Of a stretch of DNA of 64,000 nt, positions 1-15,198 are shown piece after piece; the first letter of the stretch is position 1, and each line of letters opens with the position of its first letter. The DNA is taken from contig CM121341.1 of the NCBI GenBank assembly GCA_051530055.1, positions 15,044,784 to 15,108,783 of the forward strand, in the 5' to 3' direction. The translations under genes and the position numbers were made by a program. Under the pieces are notes generated by a model. The model had not been told where the DNA came from, ran no database searches, and was given only the letters and a program-made list of their open reading frames with translations. Source of the DNA: Neoechinorhynchus agilis. Its lineage: Eukaryota; Animalia; Acanthocephala.

Positions 1-3000
1 ATTTCTCCAATTAAATATCTCAGATCCGTCCATGGAACATTTGTAGCTTCACGGAATACGTGACTGACTAAAAGGTTTACGCATATATTCAAATCGCTCA
101 TGCCAAACGGATAACTCTTGTTCCATCCAATTGCTCCGTACTTTCGTCGTTGTGTTATCGCAGCATGGAAGTAGCACATCGCAAAAACTAGTTGCTTAAT
201 AAATCCTGCATTGGGTGGAATATCGAGGCAATCAATATAATTTGTATCCTCTAGTGCTTTACATAGATTTATACTAAGTCCCGTGGGTGGCTCGTTTGTT
301 ATCTTCAACGACATTTCCAATATTCCGTTCGGTATGACATGAAGAGACGCATCCACTGCTGGTTCAGCCGTTAAAAAAGCTCTATATTTGGCATGACCTT
401 TGAAGCTATTGTTCTCAAGTATTTTCTCAAGAGTAGGAAGCCATGTTGCAACAAGATGTATATTCTGAAGAACGACCCAATGCCCTTGTTTACTTGCCTT
501 TAGAAGAGCTTGTTCAGCCAAATTCTCTTGACCTTGACCAAGCGAAACGTTAAAAAGATTCCCCCTTTCCATAGAAAATCCCAATTTTTCTCCAAACGCT
601 TCTAGTTCATTAACTGGATCAACGCCTGGTGACAATATAAAGAACACTGGAATTGTGTTGTCACTCTCATCAAAAATCTCTTCCATACTGGTAGTTATCG
701 GCTTGCGAAATTCTGGACCGAGAGTATTCTCAATGTAGCGGCTAAACAAGAAACAGGATTAAAACATAGCTTATTAACATTGTAAAATTTACCTAACAGA
801 AGCGAGAATTTTATCCGGTCGCAATGCACGTTGCAGGCATAGTCTTTCAATCGCATTTATTTTGTTCCATGGTGAAGGAAGATCGGCGTCTTCAGGAGTT
901 TTCGAAGACAAAAAAGATTCCCAGCGTTTTGGATTACTTAAAAAATCGTCGGTTATCCCAGCGAATAACGGAATCGATGAAAGTCTTCGTACTGCTGACC
1001 ATACTTTGCTGGAAAGGAGTTCAGTTGGTGAATTCTCTTCTTCTACATCAAATCGGAGTAAAAAGTCGAGTAGATCCATATCACTAATCTCATGATCGGA
1101 TTTGCTAACCTAGTATGAAAATGTATATCGAATTTGTGATGATAATTATTTTATAAAAAATGAGGCGCGCTGGTGATTTGTTAAAAACGCGCTCAACAAT
1201 TATATTTGCTATAATTCGAAAATCTTTTACAGACAAAGGTACTAATAACAAGCTCGAACTTACACTTATTGCCAATTGGAAAGCCAATAGTAACTTGTGC
1301 TCCTCGAAAAGACCACGGCAAGCATAAGAATAAAGATGGTATGTGACTGAGTGCATTATTTGAGCAACACGATTTGTTTGGTCCACTCCTTCCGCCATAC
1401 TTTGGACTCCGCGTCTAAAAACCGTTCTGAAAGCTCTGAGATTATATCTGTACATCGGGTGGATTTTTTGTAAATCCGATAATAGCGCGAAAATCGTAGT
1501 TCCTCGAATAGCGGTTGATCTGTAAAAATTCCTTGATTTGTCAATATTCTCATTTAATTTCTTCGCTTCCTCAGTGTCCAATTCGATGGCTTTAGAAGTT
1601 CTGACATTCTTTTCCAGTGACTCAACTAACTCAACATTTTGAACGAAATTTCCTTCCGCCTCGGACAACATTTTCAGCAGAGATGACTCGAGATCTTTTA
1701 GTTCTACTTTGTTTTTATTAAGAGTCGATGTCGTCTGCTTCTTGCTCTCCTCCAAAGCAGGATTTTCCTAGATATTTGAAATTTTGTGATTCAATTGATG
1801 ACAAACCGATTTATCTTACAGATTCAACCACTATACTAAGCAGCTGAGATTCAAGACTTTGTGGTGTTGCGTTGAAGTCAATCAAAGTTACTAAAGCTTG
1901 TATTTCCGGACGGAATACAGGATTAGCAAATCGGGTATGAAGAACGACCATAAACTTCTCATTAACCAAACAATTTTTACCATCTATCGAAAGTTGATAA
2001 GTATCTTTCCATTTATTGCAATCCAGAAGTGGAAGAATATTCGGATTCAGTTCCTCTTGAACATTTTCGATCAACAAAAAATTCCCGTTGCTTGCAGCGG
2101 ATATGATTTCATCAACCAAACCTGGATTATCAATTTTAGATACTACCATTTTATCGTCGTATTCCTGTCGCAACCATCTCAAGCCTTAAAAAAACAAGTG
2201 AAAAACAATTACGAAATCGACCAATCAAGTTTGTAGATTCTTAGTGGACCAATAAGATTCCGAAAAGTGGTGCAGACCAATTGGGCACATCCCTATAGAG
2301 AATGTAATAAATGCAACATACCTTCTTGCTGTGGATCAACCAATAAAGGTACTCGGCGAGTGCCTATCATAATTGCTGCATTTTCAAACGAATAATCATC
2401 ATCAGGTAGACCGTGGTTTATCCAATCGGCTCTAGCTGCATCATCAGCTATATGTTCCAATGGTAAAATATTTTCATTAAACCCGATAGGAGTCTACACT
2501 AGCAAGCCAGTGGAAAACTAAACACCTTAGAATAAAAACAAACCTCATTGGATCTTAGCATGTCCTTAATTTTCGAAAATGTATCATTGCGGTATAAAGT
2601 AGAGAAATATCCCATGTATGTTAAAAAGGCACTAGTTAAAAGCATATCGCCTGTCATAGTGGTCATTTGTTCTTGAATTTCAACTATTTGCTTTTCCCAT
2701 AAAGCACGGCTATCAGTAGTCCCTGATACCAAACGATTTGCCAAATCAATAGCTCGAACAGTCATCATTTTGTCCTTAATAGCTTCTTCTTCTTCTTGAA
2801 CGCGTTCTTCCACTTGCTTGTTTTTCTTGGCCAGCTGACTTTCCAAATTGGCAACCATTTTGACCATTTTATCATATTCAACTGATGCACTTTCAAGCTC
2901 AGCATTGGCTCTATCAAGTGCAATTTTCTTCGGTAGTATTCCTTGAAAAACCTCATGATATTTTATCATATTAACAACCCATGCGCAAAGTCCAGAAGCG

Positions 3001-6000
3001 GCAGATGATTTTTTCCTTATTGCTTGTGGATCAAGTTTTTCGTCCCTCAGAATCTTCTTGATGCGCTTGGCAGTATCCACGGGTATAGAATCTCGATCGT
3101 AATTTTCAAGCTTGTACATAAATTCGGTCACATTAAGCATTACAGATCGTGCAGCCCTCCAATTCAGTTCACCTTTGGCTAGATAATTTTTGAAATATTC
3201 GTAATTACAACTGAAAATTACCCTTAGGATCTCTTAGTAAAATCAAAACGCATTCAAGAACTTTAGTAACCATCAGAGGAGGATTGTTGTACGACTTAAG
3301 ATCAGACAAACTTTCAACCGTTAAAGTTTTCAGCGCCGCTGCGGCTTTTGCCAATGTAGGTTTAACCTTTTCCATTTCCTCTAAACATGACTCTTGGTGT
3401 CTCTTCACTGCAGCTCGCTTAGCTTCCAATTTGAGATTTTCCGAATCTGCTAACGCCTTTTGCCGAGCAACTTCTTTAGCTTCCGCAGTTACTATCTATT
3501 ATGTGTAATTTTTGATAACAAGGATACAAATTTAGAAACACAAATACCTTTACAAGTTTCCCAGCCTGCGCACTTCTTTTGTTCACAATGACTTCCTTTG
3601 CGGCCAACTCTACTCTTAATTCTGCAGTCTGACCTTCAATAGACCTCAGCTTGGCCAAACCAGCCTTAAATTGAGCAATACGGGTATTCATTGTATTTTG
3701 TCTATCTTTTAGAGATTTTAAATAATACTCTATATAATTTAAAAATGTTTTTGGCGTCGTATAATAGTGTCGGCCCGTTGCTTCGGCGTAATTAATTGCT
3801 CGTTTCGCCACATATTCATGAATTGTCGCCATGTACATTGCGACCGCCTCCTTAAGATCGTCTTCGAGATCCACGCTTTCCTTTATCCGTCTATTTGCAA
3901 CCATAACGAGAGCCTCAGCCGGCCATTTGTGAAACCAATCGATCGTCATGCAATTTGCGATTGCAGGGAAAAATCTAGCTGCGTCTCTCATGGCTACGCC
4001 AATAGGCGAATATGTCACAATAACCTAGGATCATTCACAGTGATTTTCATTATTGGTTTTCTCAACGCTTAATACCTTCAGGTAAATCTTAACTTTTTTC
4101 AAAAAGAATTTCCATACTGAATCTTTGTCTTGTTCATATCCCATTGATCTCGCTTCTCCGCGTAATCTGTCTGAAATTTCTGTTACTTCATCCTCTCCGA
4201 AAATTCCGATTGGGTCGATTCCAGCCAACACGTCATTAATAGTAGCTAAATACTCGTGACCAATTTCCTCGCAATTCGGAATCAAGAGAACTGTATTAAG
4301 GCCTTTAATGCCAGTCTGCCGATATACGGCGTTTAATAGTACTTTGAAGTTTGAAACTCTACCGGGCAGGCACTCGGCCACTTTAAATTCCATTGAGCCT
4401 AAGAATGCAGCAAGGCGAGCAAAGCTTTGCTTACCACTTCCTCCGACACCGACGAGCATTGCATTTCCGGAAGGACTTTCCAAAATTCGGCTAATTCGGC
4501 AGACATGAGCAACAGCTTCAGCGAAAAGAGCCAATTGCATGGGAGGGTTAGCGTTATTGTAAGCATCCAAAGACTCGTCTATGAAATTTTTGACGGACTC
4601 TTGATCACGCACCGGTAAGTAGGTAGGCATTCCTATTCCACCTGCATAATGGAAATATATAAGCGGATCGGAATACACGTAAAGCGAATTTTCAACTCGC
4701 ATCTCCTTAAACAGAGTATCATCGAGTACTTTTTTAAAGTCACTTAAATCAGATTCGCTTATCATTCGATCGCCGTAGACTCGGTGAGCCTCGTGTAAAT
4801 ATAACCTCACCAAGTCATCGGGACTTTTTACGCATTCACTACTCGCCATGAGAATGGACTAAATCGAATGTTTAAAATACTCCGAATTCGACTCTCTTCT
4901 ACTCACTTGGTATATTTTGGATATATCTCTTAAATTGAAAATGTAGTGAGGTTTTGCGGCGGTTGGTAGGAAAGTTGTAGCGATTTTATTGTGAATATTA
5001 AGCGATCCGCTTACGAGATTCGGAACAAATCCTTTCACCGCATTACTAAATGGTTCTTGTTCTGTTCCTTGTACAAAATGAGACGTCAATATTGATGTTA
5101 GCATATAAACCAGTGATTTCTAAAACAAAAATAAATTGGAATTCATAAGGTAGAACAATTTACTTACGTTAGAAGGCATTGAGACAGCAAATGTAGTAAA
5201 GTGCCGTTGCAAGCGAGGATTTATACTGAAATTTCCGGCATTTTGATTCATGCACGCAATATATTGACAATTCTTGATTTCTTTAGAGATTAACTTCTGC
5301 CGATCGTACCAATGTTCGTAATCCATATATTGCCTGATGATTGTGTGCGCACGAATGGTGTGATATTCATCTTTCTGAGGTAGGTTGAAATCATCAATGA
5401 AATAGATTAGACGAGCCGTCCCCACTGGGCCGAAGTTACGCCCTGCTAATTTCTCCAATCTCCGCTCAAGTAAAATCTGAACGTCTTCACAAGTTGTGTA
5501 ATAGTTCATAGGAATGTAGCAGACTGAAGTGTCGAGATTTCTTAGTGCATCAAGACATTTGTTGGCCAGTAAGGTTTTTCCAGTTCCAGCGGGACCAACG
5601 AGCATCAAGGGAACCGATATGGGTAATAGCATTTCCGCCAATTGTTTAATACCTTCCACTTCTACGATTGGCACCATTTGTTCCTTTGGACAAAGTTTAG
5701 TTGGAACTCAACGAAAAAATACCAAACCTGAAGGGGCATGTCAATGTTTAATGAAAACATTGAAAGTATATCCTCAAATAGAGCAAATCGTTTAGTTTCT
5801 ACATCAACGAAATAATCAAAGATCGTGTGTTCTGGATCAACGAAAACAAGATTCGGAAATTCATTCAAAAACCATTTTGAGAAACGAGCTCGTTCATCTC
5901 CAAGTTGATCATTTCCTAGGGTTCCGGCGGCTGACCATATAAGAGCCCAGACGAAAATAATCTCAGAAACATCACTTCTTGGACTTCCATCAAATGCATC

Positions 6001-9000
6001 ATAAAACAGCATGCATGATAGAATTCGGCAGAGACTCTCAACGTGAGCCGCATTGACAGTGGGAGTAAATCGAATAAATTTGGTACTAAGAATAGCAAGT
6101 GTTCTTGGCACATATTCATCGTAGAGTTGCCGTAAAATCCCTTTCTCAAGATTATTGGCTCTTGATTCCAGCCAACTTTCGAAAATAGGCCGACAACCTA
6201 TATCATCGTTACTTACGTACAATATGCCAGCTCGCGATACAGTCGCAGGAGTTGCCGACTTGAGATGACTGATTTCGAAAATAAGACGCATACTTGGGGT
6301 TAGTGGAATTCGCTCATTGCTTGCTAAAGTAAGCATCTTGTTATCGTCCATTACAGTATTCAAGGACTCAATCCACATTGGATCTATATCTCCATCTAAA
6401 ACTATCCATTTTGGACCCGGTTGTTTCATTAGCGCAAGTTGCCGCAGCGTCGATGACAAAAGTCCGTCTCGCCATTCTCTTGTCGATTTATTCACATATC
6501 CAAAGAGCTCATTATTGGTTACGGCCTTCGGATTAATATCTACGGCAACGGCCCTCTGAGACATCAGGCGATGGGTATGCTGGAGTGTTTTCCAAATGCA
6601 GGACTTTCCTAGTAAGCACAGATCAAAAATTAGTCTACAAGTAGTACTAAAACTTACCAGTTCCTGCCTCACCAACAATAAATACAGAATGGCGAACATC
6701 CAACAGTTCTTGAAGTTGTGTTACTTTAAGAATGAAATTGTTTGCAACGTCAGCTTCACACTGAAATTTAAGGTCCAGTGCTGCTTTTTGGATATATTCT
6801 TCAAAATTTGAATCACTAATATAGTTAAGCCTAGGTTTAACGATCCATAAACGTAGGGTGGTAACATACCGTCTTCGTGGTACTTGAGTTAATGGAAACA
6901 GATCCTCTATCAAGCTCAAGAAAATGGACAAATCGTCAGTTGTGATCTTTGGAATATTAAAATCTCTCAGTGCTCTCATCAACACTTTCTCTTCCTCCAA
7001 CCCTGGATCCGCACGACGAAGATTACCGGCAACTACAAGTACAGATTTCATTGCTCGTAATCCCCAATCATAATGATCCTTTTGAAGATCATATATTAAA
7101 AACAATTAACTTAAAGCCATACTTGTTTTGAAAGTAGATCCCTGCAGAGACTGTACAGCATAACAAACTTCGTAGACAAATATTTAGCATCGATAAAACC
7201 AGCCGATACAAGATTCAATTCTGTGATCAGGTCGAAATCCGGCACAATCATTGCACAAGGCCTGTTTGAATTCTAGACTAAATCACTATTCGGAAACTTT
7301 CTCACCTAAATAAAGCTTTCATGTTCTCAGGCAACTCAGTTCGACCTGCATATCCCGGATTCATTGTAATAAATATTCCCATTGCACCATCTAAAGGAAT
7401 CTCTGTACCCATAAAATCAAAAACCTTTCTATCTGCTCTCAATGCATTCTGCGAGTTTGAGATTATTCTAAACGAATGTAAAAACTGATCAAACCATAAT
7501 AGTTCGTATTTGTTCTGAAACAACTGAAAGGACATCAGCCGTTATTCTGTTGAATTCATCAAAGCATCCCCAGTTTCCACTTTGTGCGAGTCCTTTAAAT
7601 AAATTCCCAAGCGAAGAATAATCCATTTGTTCAGAACAGTTTGATACAACAACTCGCACTCCAAGTGCTCTCCCCAAATCCTTTGTTGTTTCCGTCTTTC
7701 CTGTTCCTGCTGGACCTGCGGGTGCCCCACCCATTGAAAGATACAAAGATTGCGTTAGAGTAATATAACACCTAAGTTAGTTATTTTAGAAATCGCTAAA
7801 AAGAAATTGAACTAAAAATTATTTTTACCTGTCGGTCAAAGGTGTAATAACCAATCGTGGTTTATTTCCCAAATATTCGTATTGGTACATAAACGAAGCA
7901 TCGCATATATATGCTTTACATCCATCTTCTAACCAATTGAATCTTAATTGACTCTGCCACGGAAATTCCAAAGCACTAGAAACTCGTAATCGGACAAGAC
8001 GGTCCACTACATCCCTAGAATGCAAATTAATCAAACATAGAGTAGTGATTTTCTGTCGATCGGATTCCGTAAGATCTGTCAAAAGGATCTTTGTAAGCTT
8101 TGCTAATCCTTCGATTTGTGAACCCAAATAGTTCTTTAAAGCATTTTTATCCCCGCCTCCAGTTCTTTGCAAAGCGAGTGACACATGACGTGTCCACCAA
8201 ATCTGAAATCCAGTCAAAACAACCTGAGCAGGATATTTAAGAACCCACGCTTCCCGTTCGATATTTAAATAATCTTCGACAGCGCGCCCTAACCAATATC
8301 GCACAGCTTCCCTCATTGCACCCAGCAAAATATTAAGCCAGTCTTCTACTTGACCATCCAATGTATACGTTCGCTGAAATTGAACATATTCTCCATCGTC
8401 TGAATACATCCCAACGGTTTCTCGTCTTTTATCGAGTTCACCTTTAATTTCGGTTTGTAAGTTTGAACTATCGAGTTTTTCTTTGTCTTTAAATTCCGAA
8501 TGCTTGGCATTCTGAGAAACTGGGCCGATGTTGTCATTTTCATTCAATTCGAGTTTGTCGATGGAATCAAATAATTTTATCAGAAGGCTCATCACATTTT
8601 GAGGATGAAGACCATTCGATAATATTTCCAGGAGTTCTACTGTAGACACAAAATAAAACCTAAAATTCAATGCTCCAATTTATTATTTACTCCATCATAG
8701 AAATACACTCAACCTAGGAAAAATTCTTCGTTTTCCTTCTAAATATCCTTCCAATGCCTTCTGACTGCCACTCAAACCAACTTCAATTTTATCCAATTTA
8801 TCATACAAGTGGTCTCTAGTCATACATTTGATTGCCTTTAGGTTTAATGTATTCTCTTTGCAAATGTTCTATAATATTCGATTCTTTCACAAAAAATGGG
8901 GAGTTGTAAAATATACCTTAAACTGTGCGTCGAGGAATGTAAATTGGCTGGTCTCAGAAGGCAACTTCTGTGAGATATCTTGTGATCCAATAAATATTGT

Positions 9001-12000
9001 TTCCAAATGCTGCCAGAGTTTTTGAACGTCGATCATTTTGCGAAGATTTTGATCAATCAAAGAAAGTGTTGATTGCCATTTATTTAGATCATTTTCAAAA
9101 AATTCTGTATGCCTGGAATTAATTAGCAGTTGAAGCTGATTCTAAAAAGGAAGATAATTCTTTAAAGGCTCTATGCAATAGTCAGAACCTGGTGATCGTC
9201 AACAACTTCCAATAAATCATCCGCTGGAGCAAGAATAGGCGAATTGGTTCTTTGGTCTACTATCATTTTAATTTCCATATCATTCCAGACGGATGTAATT
9301 TCGAGAAGTACTTGCTCAGCAGTAAATTCGCGATTAGCTCTTTCAATCACATCTTTAACCTTAATAAAGAATGCCGTCTTAGTTTTATGTTACAATCCAC
9401 AACTCAAAAAGAGGCAGAAAAATCGCTACATGCAGTTGAATCGGCTGGCTTCTAATATTTTAAACAAAAACATTTTATACGCCAATTAAAAAAGACCTTT
9501 ATATTACTAAAGACTCAAATACAGTATTTGAAGACTGATAAAAGTGTACATTTGAGTGAAAACTACTGAAAATCGTAAAGCGATCACTAACTTCATCTTC
9601 ATGTGAATGGAGATTTAAGTCCAAAACTTCTTTCAATGTCATATCATCATTCAACTCCACTAATTCAGTCGAAGTCAATGCCATTATCTCTTCCCAGTGG
9701 CGCCCCCTCAATGCATCGTTTTTAAGATCACTGACAACCCTAATTCCAGCAAGTGCATTTTTAACTCTGTCTTCGATCTTTTGGTATATTTCCCATTTTC
9801 CGCATAATTTGGTCAATTCTGTTACGCTAAGATTGAAAAAATTAAAACTGTTAACTCAAACCGACCTCTTAAATCTTCCATTAGAAGCTTTTGCTTCAAA
9901 ATAAGTTCGATCTCATCTAACTTAGCTTCCTGCCACAGCATGACATTCCAGCTCGCGAATAGGAAATCAAGCTGCCGGTTAATGTCCCATAAATCTTTTA
10001 AATATCGCAGTTCCCTTCTGCAAACTTCCTTTAATCTTAATTCAGGTAATCGTACATCGAGGATTTGACCAAGACCAAAGAGATATTCGATTTCCTTTTC
10101 CTTCACGCTCATTGCACGGTCCAGCTAATTATAGGATCGATGAGATTTTTGTCTATAAACAACGCTCACCTCATCAATTATTCCTAATGCACCATCTGAG
10201 TTTATATAAAATGGCCCGTATTTGTGGAAGTTTTCGTAAAAATCTTTCTGCCACTCATCCAAACGATTCCAATCCTCTTTCACGTCCGCAATCTCTTTAG
10301 TCTTAAAAGGACTTATTTTGTATAGCGTCGTCGCCGCTTGAATTTTAATTTTTTCCCAAATATCAGGAAGTTTCTACAAACACGATTAATAGTCAATTCA
10401 AATAAAATACTCATACTTCAAATTCATGTTTCAATTTTGTAACGAAAATGGGTCTTTTTGAATTTAGGTAATTCAAAATTGTCATAATTAATTTCACTCT
10501 GTGATTAACTTCAGATTTAGCATCTTCGAATTCTTTTAAGTGAACAACTAAATCCATAATTTCATCTCTAGAGAAATCTGCCACTTCCTTCCCGAATTTT
10601 ACTTTTCCATTTTCCACTAGATTTTTAAACCTTTTAAAGCTGATTTGCAGTTTTTTTGAAAGAAAAACAATAGAATTTGTAGATTAACTCACTTCTCAAG
10701 ACAGTACGATTGAATGCGCGAGAGAAATGTTTCGCGCCAAGCAGAAATAATCTTCAATAAGTTTAACTTGTAAGATGCTACGTTGACCGCCAGCCAGTGA
10801 TCAAAAATTTTCTTATCTTTAATGCACACGATTTCATCCATAAGTTTCTCAAATTCCTCAATTTTGGTTGTCAAAAATGCTAATGTTTTTCTGTTCTCAA
10901 GGTTTTCACCAGTGTCTTCATCCTCTTGTACGTTCTCGTCGTATAAAGAGTCAAAATATTGTGATGGAGAATAATACCATAATTTCCAATGACAGTCGAA
11001 ATGCCGAACGAAGGCTCTTGCATTCTTTATGGCTTTGGTTGCAGAGTCCATTGTTTCGTTTAATACCTTTTCAATGTATGGCGAAGCCGTCATGTCAGAC
11101 TTAAGCGAAGGATTGAAAGATAATAAAGATAAATGATTGAAAACCTCTCTGTTAGACGACGTTTTAACAACTGTGAAATATGGAATAAAACACGCCTGTT
11201 TCCAACAAATACTAGTAATTTTTCCAACAATGGAAATAAGACTTCCTGGCGAATAGTCCAATGGAATAGATGTGGCAACTTGCTTCGAGTTTGAGTTGAT
11301 AATTACATTTACAACAAAGCAGGACCCAATTGAGAATTCTTTGTGTTGAATGTAATCCCTAATTTGCCATAGGGACTTAAGAACCCCAACGTGCATCGCA
11401 GCAGAAATTGCAGCGTCCAGCATCGAAGTATAAAGATTCCAGGCATTTTCATTTTCCTTCATGCTTGTCTTTTCGGCAATATCCTAAATCGGAATTAAAA
11501 ATTAACAATATTTTGAATGGAAAAAACGTAACCTCAAAAATAGCTTTAAAATTGTTCGTTTCATTTTCAATGGACGCTCGGCGTTCTTCAACTTCAACCT
11601 CATATCCCCCGTCGAGTAAATTACATCCGAGAAGAAATGATCTGGCGAAAATTGACTTTCCGCCCTCTTCAATTAACCCAGAAAGGTATTTTAGCAAGTT
11701 AAGTCGATTGCAAAAAGCAAATCGCATCATCATGATCAATTTTCGATAGTTTTCGAGTAAGATATTATCCATCCCTTTGATTGCAACATGAAATCAACAT
11801 TTAATTTAAAAGCTGTAAGGAAATGCATTACCTTGCATGTTCCATTGATAGACGGAAGTGGCTTTTCTCATGAATAACTGACATTTAATCAACTTCAAAT
11901 ACACGAATGGCACTTCATAAGCCGCAACGTTTTGTCTCAAATGGCGATGAATACGAACTATTGCCCCAGCCAATTTCTCAATTGTAGCAACACCCACAAG

Positions 12001-15000
12001 GTTGTCTCTTACTTCTCCATAAATCTTATTCAATTCATCATTTTCAATTGGGCGATCAAACATTTCAAATTCACATCGAAGCTCATAAAATGCATGTTCA
12101 AAATTCACCTTAAAATCCTTTGAACATCCTTCATAAACAGCAGTTAGTATTGGTTCATTCAGTCTTTTCAAAGCGTATTCACATTTTCTAATAAAAGTTG
12201 CCATTATTGACCGGTATTCGTCTGCAATTTGTCTCTCGATTTGTCCACTGATAATTTTAATTTCACTATCAATAGCAAAAGAACAAGGACTAAATGCAAG
12301 AGATGATATTTAGAAGAACATATCATTAAACTTTCTGCGTACAGTTTCTTAGCTAACTGATGCATTTCGACAATCGTACCCAATGATCCCTCCAAAAGTT
12401 TATTTTTCAAAAAGCGACGTGAAATTTCAGTTGATAAATAAGGTAGAGATAATTCATCGGTTGACCAATCCCTAAATCGTTTTTGAAGTGCACGAGCTTC
12501 TTTAATAGTTCGATCGTTCCATTCGTCTATAATCGCCGAAAAATTGACTGACTTAAAAGCATTATAGTTCGACGCGCAGAACTCAAATTGCAGAAGATTA
12601 AAGATACGAATACAGGACGAAAAATACCTCTTTGAACCCTTCAAGCGTTTCATTCATTTGAAAGGTATTCAATCCTGACGAAAGAGTTATTTGAAGTAAT
12701 GGTTCTACGCTACGTATTAATTTGTCGTGACTTGTCAAAAATTCCTATATTGTTATTTAGTTAATAGCCAATCAATTTTTTCGCATGCTCTCTAATAAAT
12801 TTTTAATTAACAGATTTTTGACCTTAAAGAATTTGGCTTAAGTAAACGGATGTAATATATCCACATATGAACAATTTGCTTTGTACAAAAAACTACAAAA
12901 GGTTACAGTAAATTGGCATTATCTTTTAAGTAAAGCAAATACACTAAAATATTTATCCTCTACTTTTAAATTACCATGAAAATCACCAAACTATGCGAGA
13001 CACGTACGGCATTTAAAATATCCAATGGATCCTCTTTCATTGTTCGCATTGTTTTGTAACATTGTTTGATTTCATTAAATAATTTTAAGCCGACAGATTC
13101 CTGAGTAATTTCGCTATACCTATCCAAGTCTCGTCTCAATATAATATCGCTTCTATACATGTATATTAAGGTCACCTAAATAAAAATTGCCAATGGGAAG
13201 CAATGTCGTGTAATCACTTTTAGGGTATCCATGCGATTAATTGTATTCAAAACGACATCAAAATTGTCATCATTTTCAAGATAATACCGCCTTTCATCGT
13301 CTCCGTCGTTCATCACTTTCTCACATAAATGTTTATAATCTAAGACAAACTTTTTATAGACGTTCAGCTTTTCAAACGATTCAATCGCAATTTTAGAAGC
13401 CAATAGACCTCTTGCATTCAGCATTTGCTTAACCTTTAAAAGAATGGAGCCATGGACAAGTCGGACTAGACCACGATGTGTGTTTTCATCCAAGCGTATT
13501 ACATCGGGTAACCGACGTGAGGCCTTCCACAATAAACTCTTACAGCTCTTTATCGTATCTGAGAGGCTTTTAACGCCCATTAGTAAGTTGAGATCACCTT
13601 TTAAACATTCCCAGCACTTTTTAACCGAATCAAATGACATAATCATTGTTTCAAGATCATTTGAAAGCTTCTTGATATGAAGTTCACTGCCACGCATTCT
13701 AGCCAGAAATCTCAAAGCAATCGCCATTCGATCACTTTTAAACTGTGTAGTCGACTATAGAATGGATATACTGGGCTGCGGAAACGAACCTCATCGCTAA
13801 TCTTTTGCAACACTCTATTTCGGGTAGAAAGGAAATTGCCCAGATCTTGTAAAGTACCGTTCTTGATAACTAATACCGTCCAAAAATCACTCTCTTTTAG
13901 AGATTTAAGTAGTTCGCACCAGCTCTTATAGCAAAGGAAACAGTCGCTTATCAGATTCTGTCGAGAGATTTCAAGCCTTTTAATGAGATAAATATTTTAT
14001 TGAAGCCAAAAACATTGTATGAAACGTACCGTTCAACAATCAGTTGATCAATATTTGATTCGCTTTGCATCCTAAATTAGAAATTTGGTGATATTCTACC
14101 TCAAGATTAAGTACAAAATTCGTTGAAGTCAGAGCAAAATAATATGATAATACTAAATTAGATATCTTAAAACTATATTAAAAATTTCAGTCAGTGCTAC
14201 CGTTGTACTTTAAGAATATTGAGCTTACTAATATGATAAAATGTAAGTTTGTCATAGTTGTTTCTTTGCAGACAAAAATCTAATTTGTGTATTTAAATCT
14301 GATTCATAGTATTTCGAAAATATTAGGCTTCGAAGGACCTGATATTTTTACAAGAGTAATGATTTGGAAGACATGCTGAATGCAATTAATGACTTTAAAA
14401 ACATAGGAAATTTTTAAGTTTTAAAACTCAACCTTTGCATATACCTTTTGTAAGCTTCCGCTAAAAGTCGAGCTCGTGCAGTAGTATCTTTAGGCGTTAT
14501 TAGATAATTTCTAATCTTTTCCGTTGACAGAACATTCGCAGTTGACCAATTAAATGGATGAGCTAAATTGACTTTAGTCCAATAATCTACTTCGGATATT
14601 TTCGTATCTAAGCCATCTTCTCGTAGCAACTTGAGACAAATCTAATCAATTGAGGTTTAAAGAAGTGATCTAAAGTTTCTTTTAAAAGATTACATACATC
14701 GTTCAAATAGAAATGGAGATCTTTCAAAAACTCTCCTGAAGCCTTGTTGATTGTATATGCAAACTCAAGATCTGATTCACTTTCAATGCGTCCCATTTTA
14801 GTTTTAAGAAGACAATAAAATTCAAGTAGATTTTGACCGGAAGATATGGGGGAAATGTTTGAGATAAGAATGTTTGATCCCACGACATAGAAATACAAGC
14901 ACGATGCAGTTTCCGAATTGACAAATTCCAGCATCATTTGTACCTCCTTTGAACCTATCCTAAGTTTGTATTTTCGTGGATCCTCAAATTTCACAATCAT

Positions 15001-15198
15001 CTGTGCCAAATGTATTATGCGGGGGTCGTTTGCCTCATGTCCAGACATTTTTTGGCGTAGTTCTTCTATTTGACGGGATTTGTCATTTGGATCTAAGTCG
15101 TTAATGACCGCTGTACTTGTAGTATCTTCTCTTGAAGACATGCTTGTAGCCACTTTTATTTCAAAGTTGTAACCGGATATTTCCTCTTCAGAAATCAT
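1..15198 (-). CDS. DNAH9/DNAH11/DNAH17-like: Axonemal dynein heavy chain, outer-arm beta type; roughly 30 introns; C-terminus continues beyond position 1
   Basis: Exons carry AAA1 [52 protein letters not shown]; AAA2 GEAGTGKS and [24 protein letters not shown]; AAA3 GPAGTGKT; AAA4 GVGGSGKQS; stalk/MTBD; AAA5 LLVDPQQEG; AAA6 [12 protein letters not shown] and SLGQGQE. Introns I traced are GT-AG (e.g. 742-792, 1110-1265, 2187-2321, 14642-14697). Exon joins around 14060-14440 are uncertain. Confidence 0.95.

Noticed and set aside
824-13680. Many + strand ORFs overlapping the dynein gene, and similar antisense ORFs over Tudor and the retroelements
   Set aside because: Antisense shadows of real coding sequence, with no recognisable motifs.
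9835-14440. A few 35-nt or ambiguous dynein introns (near 9835-9870, 13750-13785, 14390-14430)
   Set aside because: Each has a workable GT-AG solution and no terminal complementarity that I noticed, so they are not evidence for non-canonical splicing.
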